Below, piece by piece: positions 21,884 through 32,519 of a stretch of 64,000 nt of DNA. Position 1 is the first letter of the stretch. Each line of letters opens with the position of its first letter. The stretch comes from Escherichia coli (GTDB taxonomy: Bacteria > Pseudomonadota > Gammaproteobacteria > Enterobacterales > Enterobacteriaceae), in assembly GCF_050920415.1 (NCBI RefSeq), contig NZ_CP169309.1; one strand, written 5' to 3'. Both the position numbers and the translations under genes were made by a program. Below the pieces are notes generated by a model. The model searched no databases. It had not been told where the DNA came from and saw nothing but the letters and a program-made list of their open reading frames with translations.

Positions 21884-22451
21884 CGATCACGGTTATCTGT
21901 AAGTAATAATTATTACAGTAATGCAAAATACCCCTGGCACAAGTTACATCGTTCATCAGTAAAACTTGTGCCAGATCAAATATAATTCCCCCTCTCTCAC
22001 CGCTGAAAATTAATATCTCTTCGGATGAACGGTGTTTTTAATTTCAAAACGCTAACAAAAGTTAATTAACTATTATGTCGCCCACATTATGTGTATTTTT
22101 ACCCACAAATGGGTAGTTAAGAATAATCTATAAACCTGATGATACCTACCCTGAGAACAAAAATTATACCAATAAGTATCAATAAGATAGCAGCAAACAA
22201 AACATTAACATCTGCGTAGTACAAACTATAAACCCATCGCCAGAGAGTATTTCTCTCTGAAAAAACCGCTTATCACAGTGCATAAATTTGCCGCTGCTTT
22301 AATCAGCCAATATTCACTGTGAGGTATTTACTCAAGCCGGTAACGACCAAACGGATATTTAGTCAAGCTCTGAAAACAGTTCATACAAAACAGAACGTGA
22401 CTGTGATCTATTCAGCAAAAATTTAAATAGGATTATCGCGAGGGTTTACAC
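21884..22451 (+). promoter_or_regulatory. dcuB promoter and long untranslated leader
   Basis: About 570 bp AT-rich non-coding region between dcuR and dcuB; established site of DcuR/FNR control; individual sites not resolved. Confidence 0.4.
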
Positions 22452-23792
22452 ATGTTATTTACTATCCAACTTATCATAATACTGATATGTCTGTTTTATG
22501 GTGCCAGAAAGGGCGGTATCGCGCTGGGTTTATTAGGCGGTATCGGCCTGGTCATTCTGGTCTTTGTCTTCCACCTTCAGCCAGGTAAACCACCGGTTGA
22601 TGTCATGCTGGTTATCATTGCGGTGGTGGCGGCATCGGCGACCTTGCAAGCTTCGGGCGGTCTTGATGTCATGCTGCAAATTGCCGAGAAGCTGCTGCGC
22701 CGCAATCCGAAATATGTCTCCATTGTCGCACCGTTTGTAACCTGCACGCTGACCATTCTTTGCGGTACGGGCCACGTGGTTTACACCATTCTGCCGATCA
22801 TCTACGACGTTGCTATTAAGAACAACATCCGTCCGGAACGTCCGATGGCGGCAAGTTCTATCGGTGCACAGATGGGGATTATCGCAAGCCCAGTGTCGGT
22901 TGCGGTCGTATCTCTGGTTGCGATGCTGGGTAATGTCACCTTTGATGGTCGCCATCTTGAGTTCCTCGACCTGCTGGCAATCACCATTCCATCGACGTTA
23001 ATCGGTATCCTGGCGATCGGTATCTTCAGTTGGTTCCGCGGTAAAGATCTGGATAAAGATGAAGAGTTCCAGAAATTCATCTCCGTACCGGAAAACCGTG
23101 AGTATGTTTACGGTGATACCGCGACGCTGCTGGATAAAAAACTGCCGAAAAGCAACTGGCTGGCAATGTGGATCTTCCTCGGGGCAATCGCTGTAGTTGC
23201 ACTTCTTGGTGCTGATTCGGACCTGCGTCCATCCTTCGGTGGCAAACCGCTGTCGATGGTACTGGTTATTCAGATGTTTATGCTGCTAACCGGAGCGCTG
23301 ATTATTATCCTGACCAAAACCAATCCCGCGTCTATCTCAAAAAACGAAGTCTTCCGTTCCGGTATGATCGCCATCGTGGCGGTGTACGGTATCGCATGGA
23401 TGGCGGAAACCATGTTCGGTGCGCATATGTCTGAAATTCAGGGCGTACTGGGTGAAATGGTGAAAGAGTATCCGTGGGCCTATGCCATTGTTCTGCTGCT
23501 GGTTTCCAAGTTTGTAAACTCTCAGGCCGCGGCGCTAGCGGCGATTGTTCCGGTCGCGCTGGCGATCGGCGTTGACCCGGCATACATCGTGGCTTCAGCA
23601 CCGGCTTGCTATGGTTATTACATCCTGCCGACTTATCCGAGCGACCTGGCAGCGATTCAGTTTGACCGTTCCGGCACCACCCACATCGGTCGCTTCGTCA
23701 TCAACCACAGCTTTATTCTGCCGGGGTTGATTGGTGTGAGCGTATCGTGCGTCTTCGGCTGGATCTTCGCTGCGATGTACGGGTTCTTATAA
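22452..23792 (+). CDS. dcuB: Anaerobic C4-dicarboxylate (fumarate/succinate) antiporter DcuB (446 aa)
   Basis: Paralogue of dcuA in this window (shared motifs [14 protein letters not shown]); upstream of fumB. Confidence 0.93.
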
Positions 23793-23801
23793 ATGCACTT
23801 T

Positions 23802-23836
23802 GCGTGCCGCCCGTGACTGCGCGGCACGCCATTTTC
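23802..23836 (+). terminator. Stem-loop between dcuB and fumB
   Basis: Inverted repeat gcgtgccgc / gcggcacgc followed by aTTTTcg. Confidence 0.5.
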
Positions 23837-23869
23837 GAATAACAAATACAGAGTTACAGGCTGGAAGCT

Positions 23870-25516
23870 ATGTCAAACAAACCCTTTATCTACCAGGCAC
23901 CTTTCCCGATGGGGAAAGACAATACCGAATACTATCTACTCACGTCCGATTACGTTAGCGTTGCCGACTTCGACGGCGAAACAATCCTGAAAGTGGAACC
24001 AGAAGCCCTGACTCTGCTGGCGCAGCAAGCCTTCCACGACGCTTCTTTCATGCTCCGCCCGGCACACCAGAAACAGGTTGCTGCAATTCTTCACGATCCA
24101 GAAGCCAGCGAAAACGACAAGTACGTGGCGCTGCAATTCTTAAGAAACTCAGAAATCGCCGCCAAAGGCGTGCTGCCAACCTGCCAGGATACCGGCACCG
24201 CGATCATCGTCGGTAAAAAAGGTCAGCGCGTGTGGACCGGCGGCGGTGATGAAGAAGCGCTGTCGAAAGGCGTCTATAACACCTATATCGAAGATAACCT
24301 GCGCTATTCACAGAATGCGGCGCTGGACATGTACAAAGAGGTCAACACCGGCACTAACCTGCCTGCGCAAATCGACCTGTACGCGGTAGATGGCGATGAG
24401 TACAAATTCCTCTGCGTCGCCAAAGGCGGTGGCTCTGCCAATAAAACGTATCTCTACCAGGAAACCAAAGCCCTGCTGACTCCCGGCAAACTGAAAAACT
24501 TCCTCGTTGAGAAAATGCGTACCCTCGGTACTGCAGCCTGCCCGCCGTACCATATCGCGTTTGTGATTGGCGGTACGTCTGCGGAAACCAACCTGAAAAC
24601 CGTCAAGTTAGCAAGCGCTCACTATTACGATGAACTGCCGACCGAAGGGAACGAACATGGTCAGGCGTTCCGAGATGTCCTGCTTGAACAGGAACTGCTG
24701 GAAGAGGCCCAGAAACTCGGCCTTGGCGCGCAGTTTGGCGGTAAATACTTCGCGCACGACATCCGCGTGATCCGTCTGCCACGTCACGGCGCATCCTGCC
24801 CGGTAGGTATGGGCGTCTCCTGCTCCGCTGACCGTAACATTAAAGCGAAAATCAACCGCGAAGGTATCTGGATCGAAAAACTGGAACACAATCCAGGCCA
24901 GTACATTCCACAAGAACTGCGTCAGGCTGGTGAAGGCGAAGCGGTGAAAGTCGACCTTAACCGCCCGATGAAAGAGATCCTCGCCCAGCTTTCGCAATAC
25001 CCGGTATCCACCCGTTTGTCGCTCACCGGCACTATTATCGTGGGTCGCGATATTGCACATGCCAAGCTGAAAGAGCTGATTGACGCCGGTAAAGAACTGC
25101 CGCAGTACATCAAAGATCACCCGATCTACTACGCGGGTCCGGCGAAAACGCCTGCCGGTTATCCATCAGGTTCACTTGGCCCAACCACCGCAGGTCGTAT
25201 GGACTCCTACGTGGATCTGCTGCAATCCCACGGCGGCAGCATGATCATGCTGGCGAAAGGTAACCGCAGTCAGCAGGTCACCGACGCGTGTCATAAACAC
25301 GGCGGCTTCTACCTCGGTAGTATCGGCGGTCCGGCGGCGGTACTGGCGCAGCAGAGCATCAAGCATCTGGAATGCGTCGCTTATCCGGAGCTGGGTATGG
25401 AAGCTATCTGGAAAATCGAAGTAGAAGATTTCCCGGCGTTTATCCTGGTCGATGACAAAGGCAACGACTTCTTCCAGCAAATCGTCAACAAACAGTGCGC
25501 GAACTGCACTAAGTAA
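23870..25516 (+). CDS. fumB: Class I (Fe-S) fumarate hydratase FumB (548 aa)
   Basis: [36 protein letters not shown]...; assigned as fumB rather than fumA by linkage to dcuB. Confidence 0.93.
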   Translation: MSNKPFIYQAPFPMGKDNTEYYLLTSDYVSVADFDGETILKVEPEALTLLAQQAFHDASFMLRPAHQKQVAAILHDPEASENDKYVALQFLRNSEIAAKGVLPTCQDTGTAIIVGKKGQRVWTGGGDEEALSKGVYNTYIEDNLRYSQNAALDMYKEVNTGTNLPAQIDLYAVDGDEYKFLCVAKGGGSANKTYLYQETKALLTPGKLKNFLVEKMRTLGTAACPPYHIAFVIGGTSAETNLKTVKLASAHYYDELPTEGNEHGQAFRDVLLEQELLEEAQKLGLGAQFGGKYFAHDIRVIRLPRHGASCPVGMGVSCSADRNIKAKINREGIWIEKLEHNPGQYIPQELRQAGEGEAVKVDLNRPMKEILAQLSQYPVSTRLSLTGTIIVGRDIAHAKLKELIDAGKELPQYIKDHPIYYAGPAKTPAGYPSGSLGPTTAGRMDSYVDLLQSHGGSMIMLAKGNRSQQVTDACHKHGGFYLGSIGGPAAVLAQQSIKHLECVAYPELGMEAIWKIEVEDFPAFILVDDKGNDFFQQIVNKQCANCTK

Positions 25517-25638
25517 CCTCTTCGGCCCAGCGCCTGGCAGCATGCTGCCAGGTGATCCCCCTGGGCCACCTCTTTTGCGATTGTAATTTCACGCTTGCTG
25601 GTGAATAGTCAGTATTTTCCCTGACTTGCGAACTCACC

Positions 25639-26289
25639 ATGACCCGCACACTCAAGCCGTTAATTCTTAACACCGGCGCACTGGCGCTAACGTTAATCCT
25701 GATTTATACCGGCATTTCGGCCAATGACAAACTCACCTGGCTGATGGAAGTGACACCGGTGATTATTGTCGTGCCGCTACTGCTTGCCACCGCTAAACGT
25801 TATCCGTTAACGCCGCTGCTCTATACGCTCATTTTCTTTCACGCCATCATCCTGATGGTCGGCGGGCAATACACCTACGCGAAAGTCCCCGTTGGTTTTG
25901 AGGTGCAGGAATGGCTGGGGTTGAGCCGTAATCCGTATGACAAGCTGGGGCATTTTTTCCAGGGGCTGGTGCCTGCACTGGTGGCGCGAGAAATTCTCGT
26001 TCGCGGGATGTACGTGCGCGGACGTAAAATGGTGGCGTTTCTGGTCTGCTGCGTGGCGCTGGCGATAAGCGCGATGTATGAATTAATCGAGTGGTGGGCA
26101 GCGCTGGCAATGGGTCAGGGAGCGGATGATTTTCTCGGTACCCAGGGCGACCAATGGGACACACAATCCGATATGTTCTGCGCGCTGCTTGGTGCATTAA
26201 CTACGGTGATATTCCTTGCTCGCTTTCATTGCCGCCAGCTACGGCGCTATGGCTTAATCACCAGAGCGCCGGAAGCGATTACCTCTTAA
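25639..26289 (+). CDS. yjdF: Inner-membrane protein YjdF (DUF2238-like)
   Basis: Multi-TM ORF in the conserved position next to fumB; stop TAA at 26287-26289 overlaps the melA stop. Confidence 0.7.
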   Translation: MTRTLKPLILNTGALALTLILIYTGISANDKLTWLMEVTPVIIVVPLLLATAKRYPLTPLLYTLIFFHAIILMVGGQYTYAKVPVGFEVQEWLGLSRNPYDKLGHFFQGLVPALVAREILVRGMYVRGRKMVAFLVCCVALAISAMYELIEWWAALAMGQGADDFLGTQGDQWDTQSDMFCALLGALTTVIFLARFHCRQLRRYGLITRAPEAITS

Positions 26290-27641
26290 CGGTGTAACCA
26301 GCCTGGCAGCCAGTCGCCGTGGGCGGCAATCAGGTCGTCAATAAGAGCATAGATTTCATCAATGCCCAGCACGGCAGCGGTATGTGGGTCCATCATCGCG
26401 GCATGGTAAACACGGTCGCGATTTTCTGTGAGAATGGCTTCCGTCAGCAGCGTCTGTACGTTGATATTGGTTTGCATCAGGGCGGCCAGATGCGAAGGTA
26501 GCGTACCGACTTTGGTCGGCTGAATGCCATTAGCATCAACTAAACAGGCCACTTCCACGCAACATCCTTGTGGCAGGTTATCAATCAAACCATCGTTACG
26601 GACGTTGCCATAAATCACACTCGGCTCGCCAGTCCAGATAGCGTTCATGATTGTGCTGGCATATTCCCGTGACGGTTTAATATCAATCCGGGAGGCGTTC
26701 TTATACTCCTCCAGCTCTTTATGCCAGTTTGCCAATTGTTCGACGCAGCGTTTCGGGTACTCATCCAGCGGCACTTTATAACGCTCAATCAAATCCTCAC
26801 GACCAGGCTTAATAAACCACGGTGTGTATTCAGCAAAATGTTCTGACGATTCCGTGACGAAGTAGCCCAGCTTTTTGAACATTTCATAACGCACAATATT
26901 CTGGCAGCGAGTATTGCCATGAATATTCGGCTTCGGTGCCTGCCCTGCGTCATACGCTGCCAGCAGTTCTGGGTAGAGATTCACGTAACTGCCGTCGGCG
27001 GTTTTGCGCTCCAGTTCCAGGTAAAACGCCATATGGTTGATACCCGCGCAACGGTAACGCAACGTAGCTGGGTCGATATTGAGATCACGCGCCAGCTCTT
27101 CCGCCGTTCCCTGCACCGAATGGCACAGCCCTACCTGTTTGATATGCGGATAGCGGGCATACATCGCCCAGGTATTCATCGCCATTGGGTTAACATAGTT
27201 GAGCATAGTGGCATCGGGGCAGACTTCCGTCATGTCCTCGCAAATTTGCCACAGGTGCGGAATGGTACGTAGCGCGCGCATAATACCGCCCGGCCCCAAC
27301 GTATCGGCAATGGTTTGTTCCAGACCGTGGCGCTTACAGACCTCAAAATCAGTCACCGTGCAAGGTTCATAACCGCCAATCTGAAATGCCACTACGACAA
27401 AATCGGCATCCTGTAAGGCTTCTTTCTGTTGGGTGTGGCAGGTGATTTTGCCACTGGCCCCCGCTGAATCCATCAGCTTGCGCACCACAATGTGCGACTC
27501 TTCCAGGCGGATGGGATCAATGTCCATCAGGGCAATATGCGCCGTTTTTAGCGCCTCGCGATGGAACACATCACCAAGAATATTTTTAACGAAAATCGTC
27601 GAACCAGCGCCGATAAATGTAATTTTAGGTGCAGACATCAT
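26286..27641 (-). CDS. melA: Alpha-galactosidase MelA (GH4 family, 451 aa)
   Basis: MMSAPKITFIGAGSTIFVKNILGDV... N-terminal Rossmann GAGS motif typical of NAD/Mn-dependent family 4 glycosidases; divergent from melR. Confidence 0.93.
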   Translation of the reverse strand: MMSAPKITFIGAGSTIFVKNILGDVFHREALKTAHIALMDIDPIRLEESHIVVRKLMDSAGASGKITCHTQQKEALQDADFVVVAFQIGGYEPCTVTDFEVCKRHGLEQTIADTLGPGGIMRALRTIPHLWQICEDMTEVCPDATMLNYVNPMAMNTWAMYARYPHIKQVGLCHSVQGTAEELARDLNIDPATLRYRCAGINHMAFYLELERKTADGSYVNLYPELLAAYDAGQAPKPNIHGNTRCQNIVRYEMFKKLGYFVTESSEHFAEYTPWFIKPGREDLIERYKVPLDEYPKRCVEQLANWHKELEEYKNASRIDIKPSREYASTIMNAIWTGEPSVIYGNVRNDGLIDNLPQGCCVEVACLVDANGIQPTKVGTLPSHLAALMQTNINVQTLLTEAILTENRDRVYHAAMMDPHTAAVLGIDEIYALIDDLIAAHGDWLPGWLHR

Positions 27642-27923
27642 GCAGATCTCCTGGCTTGCTTGAATAACTTCATCATGGCAGGCGAATCTGCAGAAAACCT
27701 CCGGCTTCCAGGCTGAGCATTCCCATTAACTCAGATCCTGTGTGAAGCATCAGAAAATCTGAGTTTATGGGAATAAATTAGCTGAAAAGCAGAGTTTTCG
27801 GCCTCATGGTACTCGGATGATCCCTTCGCCCCTCAGGCAAGAGGGCGAAAACCGTGCTCCCACTCGCAGTCATATTCCTACACTCCTGCCATAATTCTGA
27901 TATTCCAGGAAAGAGAGTCATCC
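27642..27923. promoter_or_regulatory. Divergent melR / melA promoter region
   Basis: Intergenic region between divergent melA and melR; established location of MelR and CRP sites; sites not individually resolved. Confidence 0.5.
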
Positions 27924-28832
27924 ATGAATACAGATACTTTTATGTGTAGCAGCGACGAAAAACAGACCCGCAGTCCGCTGTCGCTGTATTCGGAATACCA
28001 GCGGATGGAGATTGAGTTTCGCGCACCGCATATCATGCCCACCAGCCACTGGCATGGTCAGGTCGAAGTGAATGTGCCTTTCGATGGCGATGTGGAATAC
28101 CTGATCAACAATGAAAAAGTGAGTATCAATCAGGGACATATCACGCTGTTCTGGGCCTGTACACCGCACCAACTAACAGATACCGGAACCTGTCAGAGCA
28201 TGGCGATTTTTAATCTGCCGATGCATCTGTTTCTCTCCTGGCCGCTGGATAAAGACCTGATTAACCACGTCACTCACGGCATGGTGATTAAATCACTGGC
28301 GACACAGCAACTTAGCCCGTTTGAAGTGCGCCGCTGGCAGCAGGAATTGAACAGTCCGAACGAGCAAATTCGCCAGCTCGCCATTGATGAAATTGGCCTG
28401 ATGCTCAAGCGATTTAGCCTCTCTGGCTGGGAACCGATTCTGGTCAATAAAACCTCGCGCACACACAAAAACAGCGTCTCGCGCCATGCGCAATTTTATG
28501 TCAGCCAGATGCTGGGCTTTATTGCCGAAAACTATGATCAGGCGCTGACCATCAACGATGTGGCTGAGCACGTCAAACTTAACGCCAACTATGCAATGGG
28601 GATATTCCAGCGGGTCATGCAATTGACGATGAAACAGTACATTACCGCGATGCGCATCAACCACGTTCGCGCGTTACTGAGCGATACCGATAAAAGTATT
28701 CTCGATATTGCCCTGACGGCAGGCTTTCGTTCGAGTAGCCGTTTTTACAGCACGTTCGGCAAATATGTCGGCATGTCACCGCAACAATACCGCAAACTTA
28801 GCCAACAGCGCCGCCAGACGTTTCCCGGCTAA
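27924..28832 (+). CDS. melR: AraC-family melibiose operon activator MelR (302 aa)
   Basis: C-terminal AraC-type double HTH (…DIALTAGFRSSSRFYSTFGKYVGMSPQQYR); divergent from melA. Confidence 0.9.
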   Translation: MNTDTFMCSSDEKQTRSPLSLYSEYQRMEIEFRAPHIMPTSHWHGQVEVNVPFDGDVEYLINNEKVSINQGHITLFWACTPHQLTDTGTCQSMAIFNLPMHLFLSWPLDKDLINHVTHGMVIKSLATQQLSPFEVRRWQQELNSPNEQIRQLAIDEIGLMLKRFSLSGWEPILVNKTSRTHKNSVSRHAQFYVSQMLGFIAENYDQALTINDVAEHVKLNANYAMGIFQRVMQLTMKQYITAMRINHVRALLSDTDKSILDIALTAGFRSSSRFYSTFGKYVGMSPQQYRKLSQQRRQTFPG

Positions 28833-29027
28833 AGACGATATCAGTATCAGCCAAAAAAATAGTTTAGCCGTCGATAATAAGCAGTGAAAATAAATCAAAA
28901 TAATCACATAACATATTGTTTATAAAAATGAATATTTAAAAAATGTTTGTTTTTCATGCGCTTTACAGCCCGAAAAGGCCGGAAGATACTTGCCCGCAAC
29001 GAAGATTCCTTCATAACCGGGTAAGCA

Positions 29028-31298
29028 ATGATGAAAGTATTAATTGTTGAAAGCGAGTTTCTCCATCAGGACACCTGGGTCGGTAACGCCGTTGAGCGTC
29101 TGGCAGGGGCTTTAAGCCAGCAAAATGTTACCGTGATTAAATCCACCTCCTTTGATGATGGCTTTGCCATTCTCTCTTCAAACGAAGCCATTGACTGCCT
29201 GATGTTCAGCTATCAAATGGAACATCCGGACGAACATCAAAACGTCAGACAATTGATCGGTAAGCTTCATGAGCGCCAACAAAACGTGCCGGTCTTCCTG
29301 TTGGGCGATCGGGAAAAAGCCCTCGCCGCAATGGACCGAGATCTGCTGGAGCTTGTCGATGAATTCGCCTGGATTCTGGAAGATACCGCCGACTTTATCG
29401 CCGGACGCGCCGTTGCCGCAATGACCCGCTACCGCCAGCAGCTGTTGCCGCCACTGTTCAGCGCGCTGATGAAATATAGCGACATCCATGAATATTCCTG
29501 GGCAGCGCCAGGCCACCAGGGCGGCGTTGGCTTTACCAAAACACCCGCCGGACGTTTCTACCATGACTACTATGGTGAAAATCTGTTCCGCACCGACATG
29601 GGCATCGAACGGACTTCCCTCGGTTCTTTGCTTGACCATACTGGCGCATTTGGCGAAAGCGAAAAATATGCCGCACGCGTATTTGGTGCCGATCGCTCCT
29701 GGTCGGTAGTCGTCGGTACTTCCGGCTCTAACCGTACCATCATGCAGGCTTGCATGACCGATAACGATGTAGTGGTCGTTGACCGTAACTGCCATAAATC
29801 CATCGAACAAGGCTTGATGCTGACAGGCGCGAAACCGGTCTACATGGTGCCAAGCCGCAACCGCTACGGCATTATCGGGCCAATTTATCCGCAGGAAATG
29901 CAACCTGAAACCTTGCAGAAGAAAATCAGTGAAAGCCCGCTGACCAAAGACAAAGTCGGGCAAAAACCGTCTTACTGCGTGGTGACCAACTGCACCTATG
30001 ACGGCGTGTGTTATAACGCTAAAGAAGCGCAGGATCTGCTGGAAAAAACTTCCGATCGTCTGCACTTTGACGAAGCCTGGTACGGCTATGCACGTTTCAA
30101 CCCGATCTATGCCGATCACTATGCCATGCACGGTGAACCTGGCGATCACAACGGTCCTACCGTTTTCGCCACCCACTCAACCCACAAACTGCTGAATGCG
30201 CTGTCACAGGCCTCTTACATTCATGTGCGTGAAGGTCGTGGGGCGATTAACTTCTCCCGCTTTAATCAGGCATACATGATGCATGCCACCACCTCCCCGC
30301 TGTATGCCATCTGTGCATCTAACGACGTGGCGGTGTCGATGATGGACGGCAACAGTGGCCTGTCACTGACCCAGGAAGTGATCGACGAAGCGGTTGATTT
30401 CCGTCAAGCGATGGCACGGCTGTATAAAGAGTTCACCCATGACGGTAGCTGGTTCTTCAAACCGTGGAACAAAGAAGTGGTCACCGATCCACAAACCGGC
30501 AAAACCTACGACTTTGCTGACGCGCCAACCAAACTGCTGACCACCGTTCAGGATTGCTGGGTAATGCATCCGGGCGAAAGCTGGCACGGCTTCAAAGATA
30601 TTCCGGATAACTGGAGTATGCTCGACCCAATTAAAGTCAGCATTCTCGCACCGGGAATGGGTGAAGATGGTGAACTGGAAGAAACCGGTGTTCCGGCGGC
30701 GCTGGTCACAGCCTGGCTTGGTCGCCACGGCATTGTGCCTACCCGTACCACTGACTTCCAAATTATGTTCCTGTTCTCTATGGGCGTGACCCGTGGGAAA
30801 TGGGGAACTCTGGTTAACACCCTTTGCTCCTTCAAACGCCACTATGATGCCAACACACCGCTGGCGCAGGTGATGCCGGAACTTGTTGAACAATATCCTG
30901 ACACTTACGCGAACATGGGGATTCACGATCTGGGTGACACCATGTTTGCCTGGCTGAAAGAAAACAACCCTGGCGCACGGTTGAACGAAGCCTATTCCGG
31001 CCTGCCGGTGGCGGAAATCACCCCGCGTGAAGCGTACAACGCAATTGTCGATAACAATGTCGAACTGGTATCCATTGAAAATCTGCCTGGACGCATCGCG
31101 GCAAACTCAGTTATCCCGTATCCGCCAGGAATCCCGATGCTACTGTCTGGTGAAAACTTCGGCGATAAAAACAGTCCACAGGTAAGTTATTTACGCTCCC
31201 TGCAATCCTGGGACCATCATTTCCCTGGATTTGAACACGAAACTGAAGGGACTGAAATTATTGACGGTATTTACCACGTCATGTGTGTGAAAGCGTAA
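29028..31298 (+). CDS. adiA: Biodegradative (acid-inducible) arginine decarboxylase AdiA (~756 aa)
   Basis: Paralogue of cadA in this window (shared fold, STHKLL PLP motif); MMKVLIVESEFLHQDTWVGNAVERLA...; linked to adiY-adiC. Confidence 0.95.
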   Translation: MMKVLIVESEFLHQDTWVGNAVERLAGALSQQNVTVIKSTSFDDGFAILSSNEAIDCLMFSYQMEHPDEHQNVRQLIGKLHERQQNVPVFLLGDREKALAAMDRDLLELVDEFAWILEDTADFIAGRAVAAMTRYRQQLLPPLFSALMKYSDIHEYSWAAPGHQGGVGFTKTPAGRFYHDYYGENLFRTDMGIERTSLGSLLDHTGAFGESEKYAARVFGADRSWSVVVGTSGSNRTIMQACMTDNDVVVVDRNCHKSIEQGLMLTGAKPVYMVPSRNRYGIIGPIYPQEMQPETLQKKISESPLTKDKVGQKPSYCVVTNCTYDGVCYNAKEAQDLLEKTSDRLHFDEAWYGYARFNPIYADHYAMHGEPGDHNGPTVFATHSTHKLLNALSQASYIHVREGRGAINFSRFNQAYMMHATTSPLYAICASNDVAVSMMDGNSGLSLTQEVIDEAVDFRQAMARLYKEFTHDGSWFFKPWNKEVVTDPQTGKTYDFADAPTKLLTTVQDCWVMHPGESWHGFKDIPDNWSMLDPIKVSILAPGMGEDGELEETGVPAALVTAWLGRHGIVPTRTTDFQIMFLFSMGVTRGKWGTLVNTLCSFKRHYDANTPLAQVMPELVEQYPDTYANMGIHDLGDTMFAWLKENNPGARLNEAYSGLPVAEITPREAYNAIVDNNVELVSIENLPGRIAANSVIPYPPGIPMLLSGENFGDKNSPQVSYLRSLQSWDHHFPGFEHETEGTEIIDGIYHVMCVKA

Positions 31299-31413
31299 CC
31301 ACTATTCCGCTGAAGGCGTAATTGTTAAATAACATTACGCCGCCTGGCTTGAGGCCCTTTTAGTATGGCAACGTTTTCATAAAAATTGCTGCAAACAAAA
31401 ATGTCATACTTTT

Positions 31414-31441
31414 TGCGCGGTCCCACCCCGCGCTTTTTTTC
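31414..31441 (+). terminator. Terminator-like hairpin downstream of adiA
   Basis: gcgcgg / ccccgcgc stem followed by TTTTTTT. Confidence 0.5.
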
Positions 31442-31621
31442 GCCTGTTATTTATCCTGTAAAAAAATATGTACATGAGAAATTACTATAAAAATTTGTAA
31501 TATTAGTAAAACTCGTTATTTTTATGCATGTTTATATTCATCATACAATTATATAACCATTTCCCGGTATCGCTTTGCTTTAGCGAGAACTGGTCTTTTA
31601 TTCGCACTCAGGAGTACATGT

Positions 31622-32383
31622 ATGAGGATTTGCAGCGACCAACCTTGTATTGTTTTATTGACTGAAAAAGATGTCTGGATAAGGGTGAATGGGAAAGAAC
31701 CTATTAGCCTTAAAGCTAACCATATGGCGTTATTAAATTGTGAAAATAATATTATCGACGTCTCCTCTCTTAATAACACTTTGGTTGCTCATATTAGTCA
31801 CGACATCATCAAAGATTACCTCCGGTTTCTGAATAAAGATCTCTCGCAAATACCAGTATGGCAACGTAGTGCTACGCCCATCCTCACCCTGCCATGCCTG
31901 ACGCCAGACGTCTTTCGCGTTGCCGCGCAACATAGCATGATGCCCGCTGAAACTGAGTCAGAAAAGGAACGAACACGTGCATTATTATTCACTGTGCTAT
32001 CCCGTTTTCTCGACAGTAAAAAATTCCTTTCATTAATGATGTATATGTTACGTAATTGTGTAAGTGACAGCGTTTATCAAATTATTGAAAGCGATATCCA
32101 CAAAGACTGGAATCTTAGTATGGTAGCCAGTTGTTTATGTCTTAGCCCAAGTCTGTTAAAGAAAAAGCTGAAAAGCGAAAACACCAGTTATAGCCAAATA
32201 ATCACCACCTGCCGCATGCGTTATGCCGTCAATGAATTAATGATGGACGGTAAAAATATCTCTCAGGTCTCACAATCGTGTGGCTACAACAGTACGTCGT
32301 ACTTTATTTCTGTCTTTAAAGACTTCTACGGTATGACGCCTCTGCATTATGTTAGTCAGCACAGAGAACGCACTGTCGCCTGA
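31622..32383 (+). CDS. adiY: AraC-family regulator AdiY (253 aa)
   Basis: AraC-type HTH in C-terminal half; located between adiA and adiC. Confidence 0.85.
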   Translation: MRICSDQPCIVLLTEKDVWIRVNGKEPISLKANHMALLNCENNIIDVSSLNNTLVAHISHDIIKDYLRFLNKDLSQIPVWQRSATPILTLPCLTPDVFRVAAQHSMMPAETESEKERTRALLFTVLSRFLDSKKFLSLMMYMLRNCVSDSVYQIIESDIHKDWNLSMVASCLCLSPSLLKKKLKSENTSYSQIITTCRMRYAVNELMMDGKNISQVSQSCGYNSTSYFISVFKDFYGMTPLHYVSQHRERTVA

Positions 32384-32519
32384 TTTTTAACCTTAACGAA
32401 GAGCTATATTAATAACGGCATCAGCGATAACCCGGTCGATAATAATTCAACTATCGAATGCAGGCGTATGATATGACGTAATTTATTGTCACGAAGCTCG
32501 CCTTCGCAGGAGTTTAATT

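Noticed and set aside
29178-30176. 332-codon reverse-strand ORF inside adiA
   Set aside because: Same reasoning: antisense of a well-supported decarboxylase gene.
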